Of a DNA stretch of 64,000 nucleotides, positions 29,495 to 38,884 are shown one piece after another. The stretch lies in contig CAXXIA010000002.1 in assembly GCA_963666985.2 (NCBI GenBank), positions 1,248,001-1,312,000 on the forward strand, read 5' to 3'. The stretch is from Spirochaetia bacterium (GTDB taxonomy: Bacteria; Spirochaetota; Spirochaetia; DSM-2461). The position numbers and the translations under genes are program-made. The notes below the pieces were generated by a model. The model had not been told where the DNA came from and made no database searches. It saw nothing but the letters and a program-made list of their open reading frames with translations. The number at the start of each line of letters is the position of its first letter. Position 1 is the stretch's first letter.

Positions 29495-30972
29495 CGAAGA
29501 AGACAAAAAACCTCATTATCGCCGCGGTGGCCCTGGTTCTGGCGATCGGAGCTTACTTCATCACTCAAAAGGCTGAGGATAAGAAGGAGGACTTTGAAAC
29601 CTCACCGGCGGCACCGATGGTCGACATTACCGGGCTCGATGCGTCGGCCTTACGGTCCGTGCGTATCGAGAATTCTTCCGGAGGCGTTCATATCTACAGT
29701 CCCGACGGAAACCATTGGCTCGTAGCGGACGTCCCGGAATACTACCGGTCCGACTCCGATTCTCTCAAAGCAGTCGCCGAGAAATTCGCTCACCTTCGTT
29801 CCAGGGACATCATCGCCGAACATGCCGGAGGCGGCGATTTGGCGGATTTCGGTCTGGATGTTCCGAAAGCCCTTGTCGTTCTCAGAGAAAAAGACGGTAC
29901 GGAAACGATTGTGGAATTCGGGAAAATGAGTCCCAGCGGGGCCGGACGCTATGTCCGCCCGGCGGGAGCCGACCGCGTTTTCCTTCTTCCCTCTTATCAG
30001 GCCAAAGACGCCTTCTCAACCCCCGATACGTTCCGCGACAGAACCCTGCCCGCCGTTTCACCGGACAAACTTACCGGATTTTCCTATCGCAGCGGCGGAA
30101 TCCTTTTCGCCTTGGCCCCCCGGGAGGGGGATCATCCCTATATTAAAACGGCCGGACGCTTCGATGTCGTTTCACCGTATCGGGGCCGTTATCCGGCCGG
30201 CGATTACAACATCAATAAAGCCCTGACGCAAGATACGCCTCTGCCGTCGCGCATCGGCGAGTTTATCGACAGCGGCGATCCGAACGATCCTTCCTTCGGC
30301 CTCAATGAAAAGAGCGCGGACAGAATCGATGCGGAGGATTCCGACGGAAACGCCCTTCACCTTCTCATAGGCGCCCCGACGGGAACGGGAAGCCGCTACG
30401 CGCGGCTGACGGACAGGGAAGGTCCCGTATTTACCGTTGAGAATGCGGATTTGACGTTCCTGAACATAACTCCGTTCCAGCTCACCGAAAAGTTCCTGTT
30501 CCTCGGAGCCATCGACAAGGTGGCCGAAGTCACCGTGAACAGCGGCGGCGAATCCTGGCTGATGGCGCGGGAAGACCGCGGCGATCCGGAAAGCGTAAAG
30601 GATGATTTTTTCACCGTGAACGGCCGCGAGGTTCCGCAGAAACGTTATTCCGAGGTTTATCAGAATTTCATCGGACTGATGTGGGAAGGCGTTGCCGATA
30701 AAAAAACGCCGGCCGGAAATCCGGAAATCAGCATTACCGTTACCAATACCGACTCTTCCGTTACTCCCATGATGATAAACTTCTGGCCTTATGACGAAGT
30801 GTATTATCTCGCGGCCGCGGGCGACGCGCCTCGGGAATTTCTTTTGGGCCGCTACCAGGTTGCAAGAATGCTCGAAAGCCTGAAGAAATTGGCGGAAGAA
30901 GACTTTGCCGCGCCCGAGCCGAAGAAGGAGACTTCACAGAAAAGCTGGTGGCAAAGGCTATTGAACAGGTAG
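29491..30972 (+). CDS. DUF4340-domain protein
   Basis: N-terminal anchor; repeated L..FGL..P...G..(S/T)P.G..RY; last gene of the Gld-like operon. Confidence 0.8.
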   Translation: MTKKTKNLIIAAVALVLAIGAYFITQKAEDKKEDFETSPAAPMVDITGLDASALRSVRIENSSGGVHIYSPDGNHWLVADVPEYYRSDSDSLKAVAEKFAHLRSRDIIAEHAGGGDLADFGLDVPKALVVLREKDGTETIVEFGKMSPSGAGRYVRPAGADRVFLLPSYQAKDAFSTPDTFRDRTLPAVSPDKLTGFSYRSGGILFALAPREGDHPYIKTAGRFDVVSPYRGRYPAGDYNINKALTQDTPLPSRIGEFIDSGDPNDPSFGLNEKSADRIDAEDSDGNALHLLIGAPTGTGSRYARLTDREGPVFTVENADLTFLNITPFQLTEKFLFLGAIDKVAEVTVNSGGESWLMAREDRGDPESVKDDFFTVNGREVPQKRYSEVYQNFIGLMWEGVADKKTPAGNPEISITVTNTDSSVTPMMINFWPYDEVYYLAAAGDAPREFLLGRYQVARMLESLKKLAEEDFAAPEPKKETSQKSWWQRLLNR

Positions 30973-32553
30973 CGTCCGCCGGTCGAACCGGGCGACGGAC
31001 AGGGGACGGCCGTCGGCGGCGTAGGTCCAGCGGGCCAGGGCCGCGCCGCCGGCATCGTCTACCGGTCTTTCGTCGATGCCGTAGTGCCGTCTTTCGAGAA
31101 TCCGGCCGTAACCGTCATAGTTCCAGGCATAAACGGCCACGCCTTCGGGATCGGCTCGAAGCTGGCCGTACAGGCCGTACTGACGCTGTTCGCTTTTTCG
31201 ATTTTCAGCATCGTAGGTCCACCGATATTCGGCGATTCCCTGGGCATCCTCGGAAAAATCGCCGGAAGCGCTGAAATGACGTTCCATCACCCGATTCCCC
31301 AGTTCATCATATCCCCACCGATAAACGGCAACTCCGGAAGTGTCCTCGACGGGATTTTCCCAATCACCGTATCCGGCGGCCTCCACGAGATTGCGTAAAT
31401 CATCATATGAATATCGGTAACGGGCGATTCCCCAAAGATCCTTCTTGGGCAAATCGTCGATTCCGAAAGACGTGGAGGCGACGATCAGCCCCCGCCGATC
31501 ATATTCCCACCTGTAGGAAGCCATTCCGGCATCGTCCTCGGTAAGCTCCCCGTTCTCATCAAGATTCAGCTGCTCCAGTTCATTCCCTTGAGGATGATGA
31601 ATCCAGCGGTAGGAAAAAACACCCGCAAGGTCCATAACGGGCATCCCGTCGGAGTCGAAATGCGACTGTTTCACAAGATTTCCGGATTCATCGTATTCAC
31701 GGCGGTAAATCGCCGCTCCGCCGGCATCGGCCGTTAAGGTTCCGTTAAGGCCGAATCGCCGCTCTTCAACGCAAAGCCCCCGAGATGAATAATCCCGTTC
31801 AACGGCCGCCGAACCGTCCGCCGCGAGCACGGGCCGACCTTCGGGATCAATACGCTCTTCCCGAATAAGATTGCCGCTCCCGTCATAGGATTTCAGATAT
31901 CCGTGAACCCCCTCACCTTCCGCGATGCAGGGGCCGCCGTCGATATCGTAATAATTCACTGCGGTCGGCCGGTTGTCCGCGTCCCATTCATACCGAACCT
32001 CGGCCACTTTTCGAACATCGTCGATACGGGCTCCGGACACGTCGAAAAAACGCTCAACGGACTTCCGTCCGGCCTTGTCCAAATCCCAAAGTCTTAAGGC
32101 AACGCCGTCTCTGTCGGTGATGATGTTTCCGAATCGATCGTAATTAAAAACGCCGACGGCCCTATCGACGGCGTCAAGCCGGATTCGCCGGGCCCAAACA
32201 CCCCGTTCATCGGCCATGGGAACGGACCGCTCGTCGGTGAAACGGCGCATGACATATCCGTTTTCATAGCTGATTTCCATCCGGGGTACGCCGTAGGCGG
32301 GATCGGCGAGAGACCGCCCGGAACACCGATACTCGACTTCCACGAGTCTTCCGGCCTCGTCATAAACAAAGCGGTAGGCATTGACCGAAGCGGCTTCGGC
32401 GGCCGTAATACCGTTCAATCCCGAAAGACGTTCATAACCGTCCGTTTCAATCCCCAGATACCAGGCTTCACCGGCTTGCGCGGCGAAGGCGATTAACAAA
32501 AACGGAAAAGCAAGGATAATTCGAATTTTTCCGGACAACTTCTTCTTCATCAT
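30958..32553 (-). CDS. Secreted YD/RHS-like repeat protein (about 14-15 x 32-aa repeats)
   Basis: Signal peptide MMKKKLSGKIRIILAFPFLLIAFAAQA; unit G(V/I)AxYRWxYDxxGNxxExxxF/YxxDGxPxxD; the ORF-track extension to 32871 overlaps the upstream gene. Confidence 0.85.
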   Translation of the reverse strand: MMKKKLSGKIRIILAFPFLLIAFAAQAGEAWYLGIETDGYERLSGLNGITAAEAASVNAYRFVYDEAGRLVEVEYRCSGRSLADPAYGVPRMEISYENGYVMRRFTDERSVPMADERGVWARRIRLDAVDRAVGVFNYDRFGNIITDRDGVALRLWDLDKAGRKSVERFFDVSGARIDDVRKVAEVRYEWDADNRPTAVNYYDIDGGPCIAEGEGVHGYLKSYDGSGNLIREERIDPEGRPVLAADGSAAVERDYSSRGLCVEERRFGLNGTLTADAGGAAIYRREYDESGNLVKQSHFDSDGMPVMDLAGVFSYRWIHHPQGNELEQLNLDENGELTEDDAGMASYRWEYDRRGLIVASTSFGIDDLPKKDLWGIARYRYSYDDLRNLVEAAGYGDWENPVEDTSGVAVYRWGYDELGNRVMERHFSASGDFSEDAQGIAEYRWTYDAENRKSEQRQYGLYGQLRADPEGVAVYAWNYDGYGRILERRHYGIDERPVDDAGGAALARWTYAADGRPLSVARFDRRTLPVQ

Positions 32554-32590
32554 TTCCATAATCGGCAAAAGACCGGCGCCGAATGAGAAG

Positions 32591-34153
32591 TCACGACGGC
32601 GATACGGTCCGCATTCGAATCTGCTCCATGGCCTCGGCAAACCGCGCCAAATCGTCTTTGGCCCGATTCCGTTCGCAATATTCACGCCTGCGGATTTCCT
32701 CTTCCCTGCGGCGAAAAAGGATTTCCTGAATCCGCCACGGTTTGGATACCCCCGTAAGAACGGTATCCGAAGCTCCTCCGGCGGTAACGAGAACAACATT
32801 CCCGTATCGGAACAGGAACGAAGCAAATCCTTTCTGCTCGGTCCGGATGTTCTGAACCGAAACCAAATCAACCTGCCTCCTGGTTTCTTTTAAACCTAAG
32901 GGTTTGCGGTAAAGATCGATGACATACCCTCCGGAGATTCGGAAGCTGTCGTTACGCCAGTCTTCAAATCTGTAAATCGCCCATATCAAGCAGGCAAGAC
33001 CCGCCGTGAAGACAAGACGAGGGTCGACTTCAATGCGTGTTCCGGCGAACTTCATGAACAAAAGAATCCCCGCGGCCGCAAGAAGCGGAAGGGAAAGACG
33101 AAACAACAAAACGGCGGGACTCTTTCGAATCCGTGTTTCGCTACCGGAAGCCGGAGCGTCTTTTCCGGCGGGACCGAGGGAGCTTCGAATCTTCTTGGGC
33201 ACAGCCGACGCTGTTCCGCCGGATTCAAGGATTCGGCGCATTTCCATTCTCTCGCGCCCGATGTTCCTTTCCGAGACGTTCCGCTTTGAAGATCGAATCG
33301 TTTGAGCAATATCTTCCGGAGAGTTCACGTCGATAAGCTTTAATTCGCCTTCCATGGCCGATGTTTTGACGATAACCGTTCCGTAATCCAAAAGACGCCT
33401 TGCCCAGCCGTTCTTTTCGGTTTCCACGCCCTGTACGCCGTCAATCGGGACATGCCTGCTGATAATGGATAAACGGCCCCAATCGAAACTTCGGGAAATA
33501 ACCGAATCGCTGTCCATCGTGTACTCGGTCAGTGCTCTGCGAATGAGGAAAACCAGAAACCAGCCGATAAAAGCGGCCGGCGCGGCCAGGGGGATTTGAA
33601 GCGGCATTCCCTCCAGAACTCCGACGGCCCATACCAGCATGACTCCGACAACAGCGGTCCATGCAAGACCGATAAGGGCCGGTTTTACGGACGGACGGAA
33701 GCGGCGGCGCCGTATTTCTCCGCCTGCATCCGGACCATCGGGCAGTCCCGATATCAAAACACCGTCCTCGTCCCGCAGGGGAGAGAGCGCCTTGCGGAGT
33801 CCCGCATCCGATTCCAGCAGAGAGCGGAACGACGGTCCTGTCCATCGAAGCCAGCGGGTGAACTCGGCCGCAACCAATGCCGCCGCACTCGATTCCGGAT
33901 GAAACGGATGAGAAACGCCCCAGAGATCGCCGGGGAACCACCGCCGCGCCCGGCCGTCTCCATTGATGCCGTCTGTCCGCTCTTCAAGCCGCCCTTCCAG
34001 AATAAAAAGCATATCTTCACCGGGATCGCCGGGATAATGAACAAAGGCGCCCTCGGGCGCTTCCCAGAGTTCGGCGGCTTCCATAAGGCGATTTCTTTCT
34101 TCCGGCGAGAGTCGAAAAAACGCGGGATTGTCCGGTAACGGCTCATTCTTCAT
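32591..34153 (-). CDS. cNMP-binding domain + two bacterial PH (bPH_2)-like domain membrane protein
   Basis: N-terminal cNMP fold (PGD..EDMLFILEG, PGDLWG); two units of TM pair + 'VQ.(V/I)..E..G...L..YG.V...T'. Confidence 0.75.
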   Translation of the reverse strand: MKNEPLPDNPAFFRLSPEERNRLMEAAELWEAPEGAFVHYPGDPGEDMLFILEGRLEERTDGINGDGRARRWFPGDLWGVSHPFHPESSAAALVAAEFTRWLRWTGPSFRSLLESDAGLRKALSPLRDEDGVLISGLPDGPDAGGEIRRRRFRPSVKPALIGLAWTAVVGVMLVWAVGVLEGMPLQIPLAAPAAFIGWFLVFLIRRALTEYTMDSDSVISRSFDWGRLSIISRHVPIDGVQGVETEKNGWARRLLDYGTVIVKTSAMEGELKLIDVNSPEDIAQTIRSSKRNVSERNIGRERMEMRRILESGGTASAVPKKIRSSLGPAGKDAPASGSETRIRKSPAVLLFRLSLPLLAAAGILLFMKFAGTRIEVDPRLVFTAGLACLIWAIYRFEDWRNDSFRISGGYVIDLYRKPLGLKETRRQVDLVSVQNIRTEQKGFASFLFRYGNVVLVTAGGASDTVLTGVSKPWRIQEILFRRREEEIRRREYCERNRAKDDLARFAEAMEQIRMRTVSPS

Positions 34154-34278
34154 CTCTTCGACTATCGGCCGAAGTCCGCGGGCGGCTGAGTACGGGACGA
34201 AGCGTCCGAAGGCGAAAAGCGCGGAAAGACTCTTCGGCCCGATTCGAAGCCCGAAAGACCCGCCGAACAGATGCGGCA

Positions 34279-35355
34279 TCAATCCCGGAAGCGAAGCTTG
34301 CGGCGGCGAACGGACGCCGCCAAGGCCTCCCAGAGATCGGAAACCAAAGTACCGATAAGAATAAATGCCGCTCCGACGATTTCCTTAAGGCTCATGCTCT
34401 CGCCGAAGGCCATCCAGCCGATGATGGTCGCGAAAACCGGTTCCAGCGCGTAAATCAGAACCGCGCGCAGCGGGGTCAGTCTTTTCTGAAACCAATTCAT
34501 CAATGCCAGAGCCACGACGCTGCCGAAAACCACCAGGTAAAAAAGAGAACCGAAAAGCCGCGGGGAGGGAACAAGAAATAAAGTTTCGAAAAAAGGAGCC
34601 AAAGCCAGGGCAAAAACACCGCAAGCGAGCATCTGTACCACGGTAACCGCTCCGGGATGGCAGCGGCGCGTCGCGATGTCCAAAAGCACGACATAGAAGG
34701 CGTAACCCACCGCACCACCCAAGGTATAAAGATCTCCAATATTAAGTCCGCCTTTGGATAAACCGCGAAGAACTTCCAGAATTCTCAGCGGTGAAAAATC
34801 GGCGGGACGCAGGGAGGCCGACGAAGGATCGGTGATGAAGGAAAGGCCCCAGAAAACAACGATAAGCCCGAGGAGGTTTCCAAATCCGGGTTTCTTCCCG
34901 AGAAGAAAAAACTGCAGGAACGGAACGAAGAGAGCGAAAGAATAGGTAATGAATCCGGACCGTGCGACGGTGGTGTACTTCAAGCCTATCGTTTGCCCGG
35001 CATATCCGGCGAGCATCCCCAGTCCGATGACCGCTCCCCAGAGCCAGGTTTTCCGATTGAAGAGACGCCGTTTCGCGGGGGCGGCGGCCTGTTCTTGCCA
35101 CTCGTCATCCGGCCGCGGTTGATCCGGCCCCGCGGCATCCGGAAAGGCTTCGCCTGTGCCGGCCGATCCGCCGCGCCGTTTCGCCCATCGGCCCGTCAGC
35201 AGAGGATAGGCAAGCGCCGCCGCCGCGATAAAGCGGATGCCGACCATAAGCAGGGGCGAGATATCCTGCAGGCCGCCCTTGATGACGGCGAAAGTGCCTC
35301 CCCAGAGAAGTGTAACAAATATCAGAAGTCCTTCCGCCCGTACATCCCGCCGCAT
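34279..35355 (-). CDS. EamA/DMT family transporter
   Basis: LWGGTF, GQTIGLKYTT..RSGFIT, ALEPVFA; about 10 TM. Confidence 0.92.
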   Translation of the reverse strand: MRRDVRAEGLLIFVTLLWGGTFAVIKGGLQDISPLLMVGIRFIAAAALAYPLLTGRWAKRRGGSAGTGEAFPDAAGPDQPRPDDEWQEQAAAPAKRRLFNRKTWLWGAVIGLGMLAGYAGQTIGLKYTTVARSGFITYSFALFVPFLQFFLLGKKPGFGNLLGLIVVFWGLSFITDPSSASLRPADFSPLRILEVLRGLSKGGLNIGDLYTLGGAVGYAFYVVLLDIATRRCHPGAVTVVQMLACGVFALALAPFFETLFLVPSPRLFGSLFYLVVFGSVVALALMNWFQKRLTPLRAVLIYALEPVFATIIGWMAFGESMSLKEIVGAAFILIGTLVSDLWEALAASVRRRKLRFRD

Positions 35356-35537
35356 GTCCGCAACGGTAACGCCGAAGGTCTATTAATGCCAACCCCGGCA
35401 AAATCCGACAAGATGCTTCTCCTGAGGAACGGTATCACTTATACCGCGGAAGGCCGCCTATGCGATGGATACGGTTTTACCTCTCTTTCCGTTCTCGCCA
35501 AACACCTCCCGGAACTCCTTCTCCGATGAATTAACGA

Positions 35538-36077
35538 CTAAAAAGAATCTTTCAGCGCGAGAGGTTTATCGAGAATAACGGACCAAAGAACGCCCTGCGC
35601 CAAGGGCGGCATGGATGCTATTCGTTTCAAAACCGCCGGCTCACTTCCGGAAGGACTTCGATCGCCCGACGGATCAACATCCGCGACCATCCGCTTGGTT
35701 TCCTCTTCCGTGTTCACTGCACTTGAGGAGGAAACAGGATGATGCTCGGCAGGCTCAATTCGCCGAGAATCCATCCTTTCGTAAAGTTCCTCTTCACCGC
35801 GCGGAATCGCCGCTTCCCGGACGCTTCCATCCGCGATCATCCCCGCTTCCCGCGCCTTGTCGGCAATCCATTTTGAAAGGCTTTCGGAAGCCGGTGCTTT
35901 GACGGTTTTCAGGGAAGCAATCGAGACTTTCCCTCTCGGCGCTCCGTCGGGAGCGGGCCTCCGAGCGTTCCCTCCGGCCGACTGTGATTTTTTCCTTACC
36001 TTTCCAACGCTTCTTAAAACCCAAATCACCACGAAAACGATGGGAAGAATGCTGAAAAGGGAATCAAGTGCGCCCAT
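35538..36077 (-). CDS. Hypothetical membrane-anchored protein (third gene of nfeD-floA operon, YqfB-like position)
   Basis: N-terminal TM, C-terminal LAQGVLWSVILDKPLAL. Confidence 0.7.
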   Translation of the reverse strand: MGALDSLFSILPIVFVVIWVLRSVGKVRKKSQSAGGNARRPAPDGAPRGKVSIASLKTVKAPASESLSKWIADKAREAGMIADGSVREAAIPRGEEELYERMDSRRIEPAEHHPVSSSSAVNTEEETKRMVADVDPSGDRSPSGSEPAVLKRIASMPPLAQGVLWSVILDKPLALKDSF

Positions 36078-36080
36078 GCT

Positions 36081-37076
36081 TTATTCGTCCGTATCCTTGG
36101 GCCTCGTCTGTTCTCCGAGGCTTTTGCGCATGTCGGTGTCCGCCTGCAGATTTCTCAGCTTGTAGTAATCCATGATGCCCAGATTGCCGTCCCGGAAGGA
36201 CTGGGCGATTGCTTGAGGAATCTCCGCCTCGGCCAAAACCACCTTGGCGCGGTTTTCCTGAACCATGGCCACCATTTCCTGTTCGCGTGCGCGGGCCGCG
36301 GCGCGGCGCTGTTCGGCTTCGGCCTGAAAGCGGCGGGTATCGGCTTCCGCCTGATCGGCTTGAAGCTTGGCACCGATATTGGAACCCACGTCCACGTCCG
36401 CGATATCAATGGAAAGAATCTCAAAAGCCGTCCCCGCATCCAGTCCCTTCTCCAAAACCGTTTTGGAAATTTTATCCGGATTTTCCAAAACGTCTTTGTA
36501 GGTTTGCGCCGAACCGATGGTGGTGACGATGCCTTCACCGACGCGGGCGATAATCGTTTCCTCGGAGGCACCGCCGATAAGGGCATCAATATTCACCCGA
36601 ACGGTTACCCGGGCTTTGGCCTTTAGCTGGATACCATCTTTGGCCACCGCGTCGATGGTCAGTTTACCGGTTTCGGGATTCGGACAGTCGATAACTTTGG
36701 GATTGACGCTGGTCTTTACCGCGTCCAGAACGTCGCGGCCTGCCAGATCTATAGCCGCGGCCCGTTCGAACGGCAGTTCTATCTTCGCCTTTGCGGCGGC
36801 CACGAGCGCCCGGGAAACCCGAACCACGTCCCCGCCGGTAAGAAAATGCGTTTCCAGCAAGTCGGTATGAATCGGGATACCGCCCTTCATCAGCATGATT
36901 CTGCTGTCCACGACAACCCTGGTATTCACCTTCCGAATCCACATGCCCACCAGCCGTCCAAGACCAACCTTGGCGCCGGAAACCAAAGCACGGAGCCAGA
37001 GTCCGAAAAACTTCAGCAGAATGATTACGAAGATAAGGGCGACGACTCCGGCTACAGCCCACAAAATATAAATCAT
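36081..37076 (-). CDS. floA: Flotillin-like protein FloA (YqfA family)
   Basis: [47 protein letters not shown] 37076 with AAGGAG RBS. Confidence 0.95.
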   Translation of the reverse strand: MIYILWAVAGVVALIFVIILLKFFGLWLRALVSGAKVGLGRLVGMWIRKVNTRVVVDSRIMLMKGGIPIHTDLLETHFLTGGDVVRVSRALVAAAKAKIELPFERAAAIDLAGRDVLDAVKTSVNPKVIDCPNPETGKLTIDAVAKDGIQLKAKARVTVRVNIDALIGGASEETIIARVGEGIVTTIGSAQTYKDVLENPDKISKTVLEKGLDAGTAFEILSIDIADVDVGSNIGAKLQADQAEADTRRFQAEAEQRRAAARAREQEMVAMVQENRAKVVLAEAEIPQAIAQSFRDGNLGIMDYYKLRNLQADTDMRKSLGEQTRPKDTDE

Positions 37077-37081
37077 GATTC

Positions 37082-38737
37082 TCACTCCTTGGCGGCGACG
37101 ACAACCTTTACACCGTCTGTCCGCAGAACAAAAATTCGCGTTCCCTTTTCCAAATACTCACCGTCGGTTTCCGTAACGACGATTTTTCCATCAAATCGGG
37201 CTTTGCCTACGGGCCTTAAATCCGTTACCGCGATACCTTCGGCGCCAACGGGCACACTCTGAAAAACGGTCGGAGGAACAACTCCGGGCACCGGAGCGCC
37301 TGCTTTAGCGCTCTCTCCGTCTGTTTTCTTCTTTTTTCCATGCCGCTTCTTTCCGGCATATCCCGGATCTCCGGGTCCGTGCAGAACCAATCTGTCGAAC
37401 AATCCGGCCCTCGGTAATGCGGCCATTATAACTCCTATCAGAACAATCCCGCCCAGAATACCTATCCCGACAATACCCAAGTTCCTCTTGGCGATGGTCC
37501 ACTGCCAATCGAATTCGGGCCAGTAGAAATCCTGAAGACTGAAAACCAAAGACGCCAGAATTAAAAGGATACCGGCAATGCCGACAACACCGAAGCCGGG
37601 AATAACGAAAATCTCGATGAGCAGCAGGACGATACCGACAAGAAACATTAAAATTTCAGCGGAACCCAAATTCCCCATCAAACCGCTTACGCCGAAGACG
37701 ACGGCGAAACAGACAAGCGCAATGGTTCCCGGCACGCCGAAACCGGGACTGGTGATTTCCAGATACAAAGCCACCAGGGCCGCAATCAGAAGCAGACTGG
37801 TAACCGCACCGCTTGTCAGGAACGTCAGGATGGAATCGGAACGGCTCTTTTCAAGCACGACCGCGTCACCCGGGAGATAGCCCAAAGACTCGATAAGCTT
37901 TTCCCGTGTAGAGACGGTTCCCGAGGAAACACCGTAGCGTTCCATCTCGCCGGCGGTCAGCGTAAGGAGCTTCCCCTCGTCGCAGACGGTCTTCCCGACT
38001 TCAATATCCTCGCCGAGGCGTTCTTTCGCTTCAATGTCCGTACTGGTTTCAAGAGTCACTTTGCCGCCGGCAAAAACCTCTTTCAGCACAACATCGGCGT
38101 CGACCATGGCCAAAGCCACACCGATCGGATACCCGTTTTTTTCCGCCAGGGCGGCCATTTGACCCCTCACGGCGCTGACGGTCTTCTCTCCGGCGGCCTC
38201 CATTCCCTCCGTGGTCTGGTACACCGGAGCCGCGGCCCCTATCGACGTACCGGACGCCATCCAGAGTTCCGAGCAGGAAAAGGCCATCAGAGCTCCTGCC
38301 GACCAGCTCACGCCGCGCCCTCCGCTGTCGGCAGGAACGTAGGCAACCGTCTTCGCGTAAGAGGCGGATCCGATCTTGCTCGCTATCTCCAGCGCCGTAT
38401 CGACACGGCCGCCGAAGGTGTCTATTTCAATGATAATGAGCTCGGCGCCGGCCTTCTCGGCGATTTCCATAGAACGTCCGAGAAACACGCCGAGATAACG
38501 GTCCACATCCTCACGCAGCGGTATAACGTAGACGGGAGCCTCGACGATTTCCATCGAGGCCCCGAGGCCGCTCTTCTTCACGGCCCCGTCCGGTTTAACG
38601 CCGGCCTCTTGAGCGGCCGAATCACCCGATTCCGCGCCGAGCGGTCCGGCAAAAAAACCCGCCGATAAAACCGTCAGAAAAAATACCGTTACGGCCCTCA
38701 AACGAAAGGCACAATCAGACAAGAACCTCATTGTCAC
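37082..38737 (-). CDS. nfeD: NfeD family protein (ClpP-like domain + TM + OB-fold)
   Basis: IDTFGG, SAGAL, IGAA.P, LLTLTA, PGFG, TDLRPVG. Confidence 0.9.
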   Translation of the reverse strand: MTMRFLSDCAFRLRAVTVFFLTVLSAGFFAGPLGAESGDSAAQEAGVKPDGAVKKSGLGASMEIVEAPVYVIPLREDVDRYLGVFLGRSMEIAEKAGAELIIIEIDTFGGRVDTALEIASKIGSASYAKTVAYVPADSGGRGVSWSAGALMAFSCSELWMASGTSIGAAAPVYQTTEGMEAAGEKTVSAVRGQMAALAEKNGYPIGVALAMVDADVVLKEVFAGGKVTLETSTDIEAKERLGEDIEVGKTVCDEGKLLTLTAGEMERYGVSSGTVSTREKLIESLGYLPGDAVVLEKSRSDSILTFLTSGAVTSLLLIAALVALYLEITSPGFGVPGTIALVCFAVVFGVSGLMGNLGSAEILMFLVGIVLLLIEIFVIPGFGVVGIAGILLILASLVFSLQDFYWPEFDWQWTIAKRNLGIVGIGILGGIVLIGVIMAALPRAGLFDRLVLHGPGDPGYAGKKRHGKKKKTDGESAKAGAPVPGVVPPTVFQSVPVGAEGIAVTDLRPVGKARFDGKIVVTETDGEYLEKGTRIFVLRTDGVKVVVAAKE

Positions 38738-38884
38738 AGCATGAGACGATGAAGGCAGGAAGTCAACTGAAGATGTTCCGCAACAAGCCCATTACGCGTT
38801 TATACCGATCGGCCCGGTTAATGTTATTACCGTAAAAACGCATTGCCTTTCGGAAGAACGGAAAAGAGACCTTTTTATCTCTTA

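Noticed and set aside
30958..32553. RHS polymorphic toxin
   Set aside because: No RHS core cleavage motif, toxin domain, immunity gene or T6SS context.
32554..32871. N-terminal extension of the repeat-protein ORF
   Set aside because: Overlaps the upstream gene; a clear signal peptide starts near 32553.
34165..34220. Possible hammerhead ribozyme (CTGA...hairpin...GAAA)
   Set aside because: Core is CTGAGTA rather than CUGANGA, and stems I/III cannot be formed convincingly.
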